This document shows, in pieces, positions 1 to 8,947 of a stretch of 63,895 nucleotides of DNA. Origin of the DNA: an uncultured Candidatus Saccharibacteria bacterium (GTDB lineage: Bacteria > Patescibacteriota > Minisyncoccia > Phycocordibacterales > Zambryskibacteraceae); contig CAZDDU010000003.1 in the NCBI GenBank assembly GCA_964504255.1, positions 1 through 63,895 of the forward strand. The letters run 5' to 3'. The position numbers and the translations under genes are program-made. Numbering within the stretch: position 1 is the stretch's first letter; the number at the start of each line of letters is the position of its first letter. The notes beneath the pieces were generated by a model. It saw only the letters and a list, made by a program, of their open reading frames with translations, was not told where the DNA came from and did not search any database.

Positions 1-112
1 TCTGCTTCATTAAAGTCTCTATTTGAGACTTTAATTCTGTGATGGAGGGGGTTTGAGAGAAGAGGGATAGAGGAAGAAGGAAAAGTAAACCAAAAAATAA
101 TGAGCGCTTCAT
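1..112 (-). CDS. N-terminal fragment of a secreted protein, running off the left edge
   Basis: ATG at 112-110 gives MKRSLFFGLLFLLPLSLFSQTPSITELKSQIETLMKQ..., a signal-peptide-like start. The frame is open to position 1. Confidence 0.7.
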   Translation of the reverse strand, partial: MKRSLFFGLLFLLPLSLFSQTPSITELKSQIETLMKQ

Positions 113-184
113 TAAAGATAATAATAACATACTGAGTTAGCGGAAACATTTTGGGCTATTAATATTTGAAATTAAATATAATCG

Positions 185-193
185 TGGTATAAT
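185..193 (+). promoter_or_regulatory. Extended -10 promoter of rnpB
   Basis: TGGTATAAT (TGn-TATAAT) lies 7 nt upstream of the RNase P RNA 5' stem. Confidence 0.7.
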
Positions 194-199
194 AATAGA

Positions 200-593
200 G
201 GTGTCGGATAGTTACTCTACCTTCGGGTAGGGAGGAAAGTCCGAACATTCAGTTGTGTGTGTCTGCATATGCTCATACACAACAAGAGTAGCAGGTAACT
301 CCTGTCGGGAGTAATCCTAGAGATGCGAACAGAAACGATCCGGTTAAGTCCGGCTGAAACGGCAAAATTCTTACTTGAATGCAAGGCCGTGCCCCTATGG
401 GGAGTGCCGCTAGATCTAGGTCGTGATACCTAGACCAGATAAATAGCTATCGCCAATTTTGTTCACTATAGGTGAATACAAAATTGAGCGTCCCGAACGG
501 AGTGAGGGGCAATCCTTCGACTTCGCTCAGGATACTCAGTTTTGCACCACCTTTAGTGGGCAAAACTGGTACAGAATTCGGCTTATAGACACC
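200..593 (+). ncRNA. rnpB: RNase P RNA with an expanded P19 region
   Basis: P4 signature GAGGAAAGTCCG at 232-243 and 3' ACAGAATTCGGCTTA at 571-585. P1 is GGTGTC/GACACC, P2 is GATAGTTA/TAGCTATC, and the ACAGAAAC and GAAACGGCAAA loop motifs are present. Confidence 0.93.
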
Positions 594-626
594 CAAACAC
601 CCACCAATAACTTTGGTGGGTGTTTG
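594..626 (+). terminator. Hairpin terminator after rnpB
   Basis: CAAACACCCACCA...TGGTGGGTGTTTG inverted repeat followed by a T-rich tract. Confidence 0.65.
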
Positions 627-670
627 TTTGTGATAAAATATGCACACATTAGAAATAAATATTAAAAATA

Positions 671-2995
671 ATGCAGCAAGACAGTAAGATCAGTTTCAAT
701 GTGCTTTTGGCTCTAGTATTCCTTTTGCCTATTTTCTTCTTACCTACTCAAGTTATACCGCTTGGTTTGGCTAAGATCTCAATCTTAGTTATAGCGAGCA
801 TTGTTTGTTTTACGGTTCTTGCCTACAAAATGTTTAAGGAGAGGTCGGTAGCAGTTGTGGATACCAAACTGATACTAGTAGTACTGGCTTTGCCACTGAT
901 TTATATTGTCTCCTCTCTCACGAGTGCGAGCCCAATGTTCTCTATGTTTGGGTATGCTCTTGAGAGCACTACTGCGGGATCGATCCTGGTCCTCTCTCTT
1001 CTTTTGCTTGCATCAGCGCAGATCTTCCGAGATCGTTCTAGCCTTATTAAGGTTTTGACATTTTTCTTTGTCTCACTCGTTATTCTTGCAATATTTACAG
1101 TTATAAAAATTGTTACTGGTGACTCCTTTCTTACGCTAAACACCTTCTACGGCAAGATGGGTACTCCTATAGGTGCCTGGACAGATCTAGCCGTAACGAT
1201 GGGACTCTTGTCTGTGATGACTATCTTTGTGACCGAGATGTTGCCCCTCGCAAAAAGGATTAAGTTCTTCACCAAAATTCTTTTCCTCTTGTCTGTAGTA
1301 TTACTTGTAATCATCAATTTCTTTACAGCCTGGATGTTGGTGCTTTGCTCCGCTCTAGTACTCATGATCTACTTCGGTACAGTGGAGAAAGTAGAGGGTA
1401 TCGCTTATAGAAAAAGAGAGGGAGTAAGAATGGCGGCTATCCTACTAGTACTTTCTGCTGTGCTCATTCTCAATCCTAGTGTTAATGGTAAGGATCTAAC
1501 TACTAAAATTTCTGAAGTTACAGGAGTGGTAAACAGTGATGTAAGACCAAACTTGAAGTCGACCATGATAGTTGCTAAAACTACTTTGGCCAAGAATCCG
1601 GTTTTAGGCTCTGGTCCAAACACTTTCGACAAGGAGTGGTTGCTTAGTAAGCCAGCCGAGACTAATGCAACCCCATTTTGGAACATAGCTTTCCCATACG
1701 GATTTGGCTTCATACCTACAGCAGTAGCTACTACTGGAATCCTTGGTACTCTAGCTTGGGCTGCATTCTTCGTCTTCTACATGATGCTCGGCATAAAGGC
1801 TTTGTCAAAGAGTCAGGAAAATAGATCGGACAAATTTATCGTTATATCGACCTTCTTTGTCTCGCTTTTCTTGTGGGTTGGCGCATTCTCTTATGCTCCT
1901 TCGCAGACGGTGATTGCCTTGGCATTCATCTTTACAGGTTTGTTTATCGGAGCCTTGGAGACAACAAATGTATTGAATAGAAAGGAGTACTCGTTTAGTC
2001 AAAGTCGAGTGAAGATGTTTATTGCTCTACTCTTGTTGATTGTTGCAATTGCAGGTGTGGCCGTATTCGGCTTCTTATCAGGCAAGAAGGTGCTTGCCGC
2101 TACTTACTTCCAGAAGGCACTCGTTTATTCGAACGAAGGTAAGACTATGGATCAGATAGAATCAGAACTCGGTAAAGCAATTAACATTTCTCCAGCTGAT
2201 CCATATTGGAGTGCTGTGTCACAAGTTGAATTACGAAGAGCCAACGAAGCACTCACGAATACAACCGCAACCAATGAGGAGAATCAACAAACATTCCAGA
2301 ATGCTTTGGCCGCAAGTATTGCTGCACTACAAAATGCAATCAACCTTAATCCAACTTACCAAAACTGGGTTGCTTTAGGAAACATCTATAGTTCCTTAGT
2401 CCCTAAGCCATTCGCTGTTGAGGGTGCATATGAGAGTGCTAAGGTGGCATACCAATCAGCTTTGAGTAAGCATCCGCTTAGTCCTGAGATTTCTCTTCTA
2501 ATGGCAAGACTTGAAGTAGACAATAAGAACACCAAGGCTGCCAGGGAGTTTATAGCTGAGGCTATAAGTAAGAAGTCTGATTATGCCGAAGCATACTTCT
2601 TCCTCGCTCAGTTAGAGATTGATCAAAATAATTTGGACAGAGCTATAGAATCAGCAGAAACCGGTACACTCCTCTTACCAAATAACCCAGGAGTACTCTT
2701 CCAACTTGGAGTTATGAAGTATTCTAATAGTGATTACAAGGGAGCGGCAGAGGCACTAGTCAGAGCCCTACAACTGGTGCCTGATTATGCTAATGCACAA
2801 TACTACCTAGGACTCTCACTCGACAAGTTGGGTAAGAAGAGCGAGGCAATAGTTCAGTTTGAAAATCTTGCCAAGACTAACCCAGACAATGCTCAAGTAA
2901 CAGATGTTTTGAGGAATCTAAAGTCAGGTAGAGCCGCACTTACCCCAGCTGCCGAGAAGGAGGAAAAGGAATCTGCCCCTATCAAGGGTCAGTAA
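671..2995 (+). CDS. Polytopic membrane protein, O-antigen ligase-like N-terminus plus C-terminal TPR repeats
   Basis: 774 aa with about 12 hydrophobic segments, an LGSGPNTF loop typical of Wzy_C/O-antigen ligase-like proteins, and TPR-like helices (AYFFLAQLE, LFQLGVMKY, AQYYLGLSL). Confidence 0.75.
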   Translation: MQQDSKISFNVLLALVFLLPIFFLPTQVIPLGLAKISILVIASIVCFTVLAYKMFKERSVAVVDTKLILVVLALPLIYIVSSLTSASPMFSMFGYALESTTAGSILVLSLLLLASAQIFRDRSSLIKVLTFFFVSLVILAIFTVIKIVTGDSFLTLNTFYGKMGTPIGAWTDLAVTMGLLSVMTIFVTEMLPLAKRIKFFTKILFLLSVVLLVIINFFTAWMLVLCSALVLMIYFGTVEKVEGIAYRKREGVRMAAILLVLSAVLILNPSVNGKDLTTKISEVTGVVNSDVRPNLKSTMIVAKTTLAKNPVLGSGPNTFDKEWLLSKPAETNATPFWNIAFPYGFGFIPTAVATTGILGTLAWAAFFVFYMMLGIKALSKSQENRSDKFIVISTFFVSLFLWVGAFSYAPSQTVIALAFIFTGLFIGALETTNVLNRKEYSFSQSRVKMFIALLLLIVAIAGVAVFGFLSGKKVLAATYFQKALVYSNEGKTMDQIESELGKAINISPADPYWSAVSQVELRRANEALTNTTATNEENQQTFQNALAASIAALQNAINLNPTYQNWVALGNIYSSLVPKPFAVEGAYESAKVAYQSALSKHPLSPEISLLMARLEVDNKNTKAAREFIAEAISKKSDYAEAYFFLAQLEIDQNNLDRAIESAETGTLLLPNNPGVLFQLGVMKYSNSDYKGAAEALVRALQLVPDYANAQYYLGLSLDKLGKKSEAIVQFENLAKTNPDNAQVTDVLRNLKSGRAALTPAAEKEEKESAPIKGQ

Positions 2996-2997
2996 AA

Positions 2998-4674
2998 ATG
3001 GTTCGACAGATATTTAGCTTCTTCTATAAGGAGACTCACAAGCTCCATCAAGCGGCGTTCCTGCTTGCGTTCTTTTCGCTCATCTCACAAATCTTAGGGT
3101 TTGTTCGAGACAGGTCATTGGCACACTACTTTGGTGCTTCTTCGCATCTCGACATATACTACGCAGCCTTCAAGGTGCCTGACTTGATCTTTGTCACCTT
3201 TGCTTCGGTGGTCTCGCTCTCAGTTCTTGTACCCTTTATTATTGAAAGAGAGTCAGAAGGTAGAGAAAATGTGAAGAAGTTTGTGGATGATATATTCTCC
3301 TTCTTTGCGATCTTTATCTTGGTGTCGTGTCTAGCGTTCTTCTGGTTGATGCCAGAAATATCTAAGATATTGTTTAAGGGATTCGAACCGGAGGCCTTGA
3401 AGGAAGTTGTGTATCTGTCGAGAATCTTACTTCTCTCACCAATTTTCTTGGGTGTATCGAATTTGTTTGGTTCGTTAACTCAGGCTTACAACAGATTTCT
3501 TGTTTACGCTTTCGCGCCAGTGCTGTATAACCTGGGTATTATAGTGGGCATCTTTGCCTTTGCTCGTGGAGGTGCTGTGAGTGGAGTGGCTTGGGGTGTA
3601 ATGCTTGGCTCGATGCTCCACCTGGTTATACAAATACCGTTTGTGATCAAAATGGGGTTGATGCCAAGGTTTAAACTATTCTTTGACTGGAGCTCGATCA
3701 AGAGAGTGGTCATGCACTCACTACCGAGAACTGTCACCTTGTCCCTGAACCAACTTTCTGGAGTATTCTTAGTCTCTTTGGCATCGCTTATGACTGCTGG
3801 ATCTATATCGATCTTCACCTTCGCACAAAATATTTCTTCCGTACCACTTTCAATCATTGGTGTTTCGTACTCCTTGGCTGCTTTCCCCACATTGTCGCGC
3901 CATTTCTCACAAAATAATTTGAAAGATTTCTTCGAGCAGATGTCTATTACCGTGAGGCACATCATCTTCTGGTCACTGCCGATTATTGCACTCTTTGTTG
4001 TACTCCGAGCCCAGATAGTGAGAGTGCTTCTGGGTACAGGTAACTTCGACTGGGCAGATACAAGACTAACTGCGGCAGCTTTGGCTATACTAGCTTTCTC
4101 TGCCCTGTCACAAAGTTTGATCCTGCTATTTATCAGAGCCTTCTACTCAGCAGGATATACTAGGAAGCCATTCCTCATTAGTATCTTCTCAACATTGTTC
4201 CTGGCTGTTGCTTCCTACTTGTTGGTTAAGTTGTTTTATGTTTGGCCAGTACTAGGATTGTTTGTGAGTACGCTACTTAAGGTAGAGGATCTAACAGGAA
4301 CAGTGGTTCTTATGTTGCCACTTGGGTTTGCTATTGGGACGATAATAAGTAGTGTCGTGTATTGGGTAGCCTTCGAGAGAGTCTTTGGTAGGTTCGGTCG
4401 GGAAACTTACCACACCCTATTTGTCTCTCTCTCGACAGCCGTCTTTGTTGGATTAGGATCTTTTGTTGGGCTGAATATTTTTGAAAGTTGGTTTAATCTA
4501 GATACTCTACTTGGTATCTTCGGGCAAGGATTACTCGCTGGGCTTTTGGGTATCGTCCTTGGTGCGGCTGTGCTTTGGTTGCTTGAGTCTGTTGAGTTCA
4601 AGGAGTTGTGGCAGGCACTGCATCAGAAGTTTGGTAAAGTCGAGGCGGTTGCTGAGAACCAAGAAATCGTGTAG
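2998..4674 (+). CDS. murJ: Lipid II flippase MurJ (MviN)
   Basis: SQILGFVRDR, DIYYAAFKVPD, FAPVLYNLGII and PLSIIGVS motifs; 558-aa polytopic protein. Confidence 0.9.
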   Translation: MVRQIFSFFYKETHKLHQAAFLLAFFSLISQILGFVRDRSLAHYFGASSHLDIYYAAFKVPDLIFVTFASVVSLSVLVPFIIERESEGRENVKKFVDDIFSFFAIFILVSCLAFFWLMPEISKILFKGFEPEALKEVVYLSRILLLSPIFLGVSNLFGSLTQAYNRFLVYAFAPVLYNLGIIVGIFAFARGGAVSGVAWGVMLGSMLHLVIQIPFVIKMGLMPRFKLFFDWSSIKRVVMHSLPRTVTLSLNQLSGVFLVSLASLMTAGSISIFTFAQNISSVPLSIIGVSYSLAAFPTLSRHFSQNNLKDFFEQMSITVRHIIFWSLPIIALFVVLRAQIVRVLLGTGNFDWADTRLTAAALAILAFSALSQSLILLFIRAFYSAGYTRKPFLISIFSTLFLAVASYLLVKLFYVWPVLGLFVSTLLKVEDLTGTVVLMLPLGFAIGTIISSVVYWVAFERVFGRFGRETYHTLFVSLSTAVFVGLGSFVGLNIFESWFNLDTLLGIFGQGLLAGLLGIVLGAAVLWLLESVEFKELWQALHQKFGKVEAVAENQEIV

Positions 4675-4687
4675 CGTTCATACTCTC

Positions 4688-6466
4688 ATGGAAAGAATAC
4701 GTAATTTCTCAATTATTGCGCATATTGACCACGGTAAGTCCACACTGGCTGATAGGATGCTTGAGCTGACAAACACCATTGAGAAAAGGAAGATGAAGGA
4801 GCAGGTCCTAGACTCAATGGAGCTCGAGCGTGAGAGGGGTATAACTATTAAGATGCAACCTGTCAGGATGCAGTTCGGTGAGTATGTACTTAACCTCATA
4901 GACACACCTGGACACATAGACTTCTCCTACGAGGTCTCGAGAGCACTCAAGGCAGTAGAGGGCTCAATACTTCTTGTGGATGCCACTCAGGGTGTCCAGG
5001 CTCAGACACTGACAACTCTAGGTATGGCTAAGGATGCTGGACTTGTCATTATCCCAGTAATATCGAAGATCGACTCACCATTAGCTCTAATAGCTGAGGT
5101 GAAGGAAGAGATCATGACCTTGCTTGGTGTCGATGAGTCAGAGATATTAATGGTCTCTGGTAAGACCGGCGAGGGGGTGAAAGATCTCTTAAACGAAATA
5201 GTTAAGAGAGTGCCAGCACCAAAGACAGACGGGGTCAAAGACTTCCGGTCCCTAGTTTTCGATTTCAAATATTCTAATCACAAAGGGGTGATAGTTTTCG
5301 TGCGAGCTATGAGCGGTACTGCGAGGAGGGGGGATGACTTGGTCTTCCAAGTAGCGGATAAGAAGTTCCAGGCTCTTGAGGTTGGGTACTTCGCCCCAGA
5401 GGAGACTCAAGCAGACTCACTAAATGCGGGCGAGACAGGTTACATAGTGACTGGTATTAAAGAGCCGGGGATTGTGTCGGTAGGAGACACCATATCTTTG
5501 ACGACCAATGTCTTGCCACCCCTAGATGGTTATCAGAAGGCTCGCCCCGTGGTATGGGCCTCTATATATCCAGAGAGCCAAGATGACTTTACTCTTCTCA
5601 AACAGGCCCTGATGAAGCTCCGACTATCGGATTCGGCATTCTCCTTCGAGGAGGAGTCTTCTGGCGTTTTGGGTAGGGGATTTAGGTGTGGATTCTTGGG
5701 CATGCTCCACCTAGAGATTATTTCTGAGAGATTAAGGCGCGAGTTCGATCTACCTCTTATCATCACCCTACCTTCTATTACATACATTGTTACTTACAAG
5801 AATGGTAAGACAGAGACTATCTACACTCCATCCTTCTTCCCCGAGGATCACCTAATTGATAAGGTGCGCGAGCCTTGGGTTGAGGCTAAGATCATCACTC
5901 CACCAAAGTTTTTGGGCGACATTTTGAAACTCCTATACGAACATGAGGCTGAAGTGGGAGAGACTCACACCTTGGCAGACAGAACCTCACTTAGCCTACA
6001 GATGCCACTTAGGGAGCTTATGAGAGGGTTCTTCGACAAGCTTAAGAGCACTACCTCTGGCTTCGCATCAATCTCCTACGACATCTTAGGTGAGAGAGAT
6101 GCAGATGTGACGAGACTCGACATATTGGTGGCTGACGAAGCGGTCCCAGCTTTCGCTAAGGTGATCTCAAGGAGGCAAGTCGAAGGGGAAGCTGAGAGTG
6201 CGGTGGAGAAGCTTTCGAAAATCTTGCCAAGGCAAATGTTTACACTAAAGATCCAGGGACAGGCACTGGGACGTATAATTTCTAGCCGAACACTTTCAGG
6301 AATGAAAAAGGATGTGACACAACACATGTATGGAGGAGACATTACTCGCAAAATGAAGTTGAGGGAGAAGCAGAAGAAGGGCAAGAAGAAGATGGCAGCC
6401 CGAGGTAAGGGTAATGTAAACATCCCTCAGGACGTCTTCTTGAAGATGATTAGATCAGATAACTAG
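4688..6466 (+). CDS. lepA: Elongation factor 4 (LepA)
   Basis: [56 protein letters not shown]. Start moved to ATG 4688. Confidence 0.97.
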   Translation: MERIRNFSIIAHIDHGKSTLADRMLELTNTIEKRKMKEQVLDSMELERERGITIKMQPVRMQFGEYVLNLIDTPGHIDFSYEVSRALKAVEGSILLVDATQGVQAQTLTTLGMAKDAGLVIIPVISKIDSPLALIAEVKEEIMTLLGVDESEILMVSGKTGEGVKDLLNEIVKRVPAPKTDGVKDFRSLVFDFKYSNHKGVIVFVRAMSGTARRGDDLVFQVADKKFQALEVGYFAPEETQADSLNAGETGYIVTGIKEPGIVSVGDTISLTTNVLPPLDGYQKARPVVWASIYPESQDDFTLLKQALMKLRLSDSAFSFEEESSGVLGRGFRCGFLGMLHLEIISERLRREFDLPLIITLPSITYIVTYKNGKTETIYTPSFFPEDHLIDKVREPWVEAKIITPPKFLGDILKLLYEHEAEVGETHTLADRTSLSLQMPLRELMRGFFDKLKSTTSGFASISYDILGERDADVTRLDILVADEAVPAFAKVISRRQVEGEAESAVEKLSKILPRQMFTLKIQGQALGRIISSRTLSGMKKDVTQHMYGGDITRKMKLREKQKKGKKKMAARGKGNVNIPQDVFLKMIRSDN

Positions 6467-6468
6467 AG

Positions 6469-6576
6469 TTACTGAAACAGTGGGGTGTATAGGAGCACCA
6501 TCGAGAGGATGATGAGGACGCAGATGATGTACCAGACGGCTTTGATCTTTTGTTTGTGGCGCTTATCGAATAGCAT
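6469..6576 (-). CDS. Small single-pass membrane protein (35 aa), absent from the ORF track
   Basis: MLFDKRHKQKIKAVWYIICVLIILSMVLLYTPLFQ*: basic N-terminus plus one TM helix; fills the lepA intergenic gap. Confidence 0.6.
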   Translation of the reverse strand: MLFDKRHKQKIKAVWYIICVLIILSMVLLYTPLFQ

Positions 6577-6615
6577 GTGAGTCATGTTAGCATAAGACTA
6601 ACCACTTGATAAGAG

Positions 6616-6996
6616 ATGCGAGAACTTCAAAAAAAGCATGTTTTCAGGTCGAAGATGTACTCCCTCCCAGTACTTTTTGTGCTCCTTGTATTGGCGGTCC
6701 TGTCGTTTAGAGGGGCTTACGTTATGATGGCTAAGGAGAAGGAGAGTCTAGCTAAGACTAAGGAGCTTTCTGCCAAATACGAGAGGCTAAAAGTTAGGGA
6801 GGGGGAGCTCAGTCTTGAATTCGAGCGGCTTAAAACTATGCCAGGCATTGAGGAGGAGATTAAGTCCAAGTTCAATGTGGCGAAGGTTGGCGAGATGGTT
6901 GCAGTCATAGTTGATGAGGAAAATAAGGTGCCAACTACCACGTCAGAAAAGGTCTCTTGGTGGAAGCGCTTTTGGGGTGGTATAATCGGCGAATAA
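6616..6996 (+). CDS. Septum formation initiator (FtsB/DivIC-like)
   Basis: TM helix, coiled coil, then GIEEEIKSKFNVAKVGEMVAVIV, resembling the DivIC C-terminal motif. Confidence 0.7.
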   Translation: MRELQKKHVFRSKMYSLPVLFVLLVLAVLSFRGAYVMMAKEKESLAKTKELSAKYERLKVREGELSLEFERLKTMPGIEEEIKSKFNVAKVGEMVAVIVDEENKVPTTTSEKVSWWKRFWGGIIGE

Positions 6997-7008
6997 CAAA
7001 ATAAATTT

Positions 7009-7248
7009 ATGAAAAAAGTAGAAATCTTCTCAACCCCAACGTGTCACTTCTGCCACATGGCTAAGGAATTCTTCAAAGAGAAGGGTGTTGAGTTCACTGA
7101 CCACAATGTTGCAGCCGATACTGCAAGGAGACAAGAAATGATGGACAAGTCAGGTCAACTCGGTGTACCAGTAATCATTATAGACGACAAAGACTTGGTA
7201 ATCGGCTTCGACCAAGCCCAACTCTCGAAACTTTTGGGTATCGCTTAG
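7009..7248 (+). CDS. Glutaredoxin / NrdH-like redoxin
   Basis: STPTCHFC CxxC motif plus GVPVIII and IGFD; 79 aa. Confidence 0.9.
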   Translation: MKKVEIFSTPTCHFCHMAKEFFKEKGVEFTDHNVAADTARRQEMMDKSGQLGVPVIIIDDKDLVIGFDQAQLSKLLGIA

Positions 7249-7250
7249 GG

Positions 7251-7322
7251 TGCTCTCAGTAGGAATCGAACCTACATCTCATCCTTAGGACGGATTTGCT
7301 CTATCCATTGAGCTATGAGAGC
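7251..7322 (-). tRNA. tRNA-Arg(CCT)
   Basis: GCTCTCA...TGAGAGC acceptor, anticodon loop GT-CCT-AA, GGTTCGATTCC T-arm; CCA not encoded. Confidence 0.92.
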
Positions 7323-7349
7323 GTGAAGACAATATAACATACCGACTTT

Positions 7350-7391
7350 CTATCCACAGCATTCCCCACGTTTTCCACAGGTTTATCCACA
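7350..7391 (+). promoter_or_regulatory. Cluster of four co-oriented DnaA-box-like 9-mers
   Basis: CTATCCACA 7350, TTCCCCACG 7362, TTTTCCACA 7371 and the perfect TTATCCACA at 7383. Confidence 0.6.
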
Positions 7392-7410
7392 AGAGATTCG
7401 TTTACAAATG

Positions 7411-7483
7411 TGCTTGGGACCAGGTTCGAACTGGTGACCCTTCCCTCTTCAGGGGAATGCTCTACCAACTGAGCTACCCAAGC
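7411..7483 (-). tRNA. tRNA-Phe(GAA)
   Basis: GCTTGGG acceptor, CT-GAA-GA loop, AGTTCGAACCT T-arm. Confidence 0.93.
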
Positions 7484-7484
7484 A

Positions 7485-7715
7485 TTAAACACTCTTATAC
7501 AACTCTTGAACCTGCTTTAGTGTGTCGTTAAAGCTTCCTAAGTAAGGTTCGAGGTAGAAGTAGGCAATAAGGAACGGAACTACGAAGATTGCAATCTTCA
7601 CGACTCCCCAGATAAAGGTCCATTTGGTATTTCTACGGATCTTACGAAGCATCTCGTTGTTCTCCTCTGTTAGCTTAAGGAGTCTCTCGAATTGATGCTT
7701 TTCCTCGGGATTCAT
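7485..7715 (-). CDS. Small membrane protein, hypothetical
   Basis: 76 aa: short coiled coil (LLKLTEENNEMLRKIRR) plus one TM helix. Confidence 0.75.
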   Translation of the reverse strand: MNPEEKHQFERLLKLTEENNEMLRKIRRNTKWTFIWGVVKIAIFVVPFLIAYFYLEPYLGSFNDTLKQVQELYKSV

Positions 7716-7753
7716 GGGGAGATTCTACCAGAAAGTGGCTAAAACTCAATAAA

Positions 7754-8206
7754 TTAGTTGCCCTTAACCTTTAGCTTGGTTTGCCTGTTCTTGTCGAGCT
7801 TTGGTAGGCGAAGTATGAGGAGTCCGTACTTCTCAACAGCATCTGCTTCGTCTACATCGATTTCTGCAGGGAGGACCACTGTACGGGAGAAGGTACCCCA
7901 ATAGAGCTCTCGATGGAAGTAATCCTCTTTAGCTACAGTTCTGTCTTCCTCTCGTTTACCCCTTATCGTTACCGCCTCTCGACTAATAGCAACGTCTAGA
8001 TCTTCTGGCTTTACCCCCGCCACCATCGTTTTCAAGACTATCTCTGTTGGCGTCTCATAGACATCGACGGTAAGTTGCCCCTCTTCTTCCTCATCTTCAA
8101 AAATATTCTGCTTCTGTGTTGGGGTTATAGCAGGCTCGCTCTCGTATGAGTCATCCTCCAACTTAACCGCACCAGTCAATCGCTCGAAAAAAGATCTTTT
8201 TGTCAT
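7754..8206 (-). CDS. Hsp20 / alpha-crystallin family chaperone
   Basis: VDVYET...VAGVKPEDLDV...RELYWGTFSRTVVLP...GLLILRLPK. Confidence 0.92.
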   Translation of the reverse strand: MTKRSFFERLTGAVKLEDDSYESEPAITPTQKQNIFEDEEEEGQLTVDVYETPTEIVLKTMVAGVKPEDLDVAISREAVTIRGKREEDRTVAKEDYFHRELYWGTFSRTVVLPAEIDVDEADAVEKYGLLILRLPKLDKNRQTKLKVKGN

Positions 8207-8230
8207 AAACTTAATTATATCTCTATATGG

Positions 8231-8947
8231 TTATGGTGCAATTGTTTTTATCTTCTCAAAGATGAGTAGAAGTACTGCTACTCCGAACCAAACACTGCCA
8301 AAAATGACCAAGCTGTATGTGTCGAAATAGTTGTAGACGAACGAGTTGAAGGTTGTGTGTATGGCCATGGCTACAAGTAGTCCAATAAAGCCGTACAGAA
8401 TCTTCTTGCCACGATTCTTGTAGAAGGCGAGTGAGAGTGCTACACCGATAGCACCGGAACTTAGAATGTGGAGTAGACTTGCACCGAGGAATCTTGTTGC
8501 GCCTGTGTTTACCGCTATAGGCACACTCTGCTCAGCGAGTATCAGACCTTCATTGATCAATGGATTCAAGATAAATAGGGTATTCTCGAGTGCTACGAAG
8601 CCTAGCGCAGCCGTAATCATGTAAATAAGTGGGTCTATAGGTTCGTTGTCGTCCTTGCTCCTTAGCGCTGTAGAGTAGGCGCTACCCAACTTCACCAACT
8701 CCTCAAGTGTGCCCCACACGAGGAAGGGGAATACTCCATAGTATGGGAAGTAGAACCACTCTCTTTGTAGATAAAGCACAACCAAAACTGAGATCATGCC
8801 TGCGACAAAAGTCTCGATAATTCTGCCCTTTGGCTCTGGACGATTAGCGTCCTCCCTGAGCCAGAAGAGGAGCCATAGTACTGCAGGCAGCACTCCGCCT
8901 AGGAAGGCGTAGGCAATAGATTCGAAGGTTACGATGCTATTTGTCAT
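8231..8947 (-). CDS. PrsW-family intramembrane metalloprotease
   Basis: EELVK, ALGFVALEN, LLHILSSG and IHTTFN motifs. Confidence 0.88.
   Translation of the reverse strand: MTNSIVTFESIAYAFLGGVLPAVLWLLFWLREDANRPEPKGRIIETFVAGMISVLVVLYLQREWFYFPYYGVFPFLVWGTLEELVKLGSAYSTALRSKDDNEPIDPLIYMITAALGFVALENTLFILNPLINEGLILAEQSVPIAVNTGATRFLGASLLHILSSGAIGVALSLAFYKNRGKKILYGFIGLLVAMAIHTTFNSFVYNYFDTYSLVIFGSVWFGVAVLLLIFEKIKTIAP

Noticed and set aside
447-665. ORFs 447-647 and 459-665
   Set aside because: They overlap RNase P RNA and its terminator; no protein features.
7350-7391. oriC at the DnaA-box cluster
   Set aside because: No adjacent dnaA/dnaN and no unwinding element; the gap is under 90 bp.
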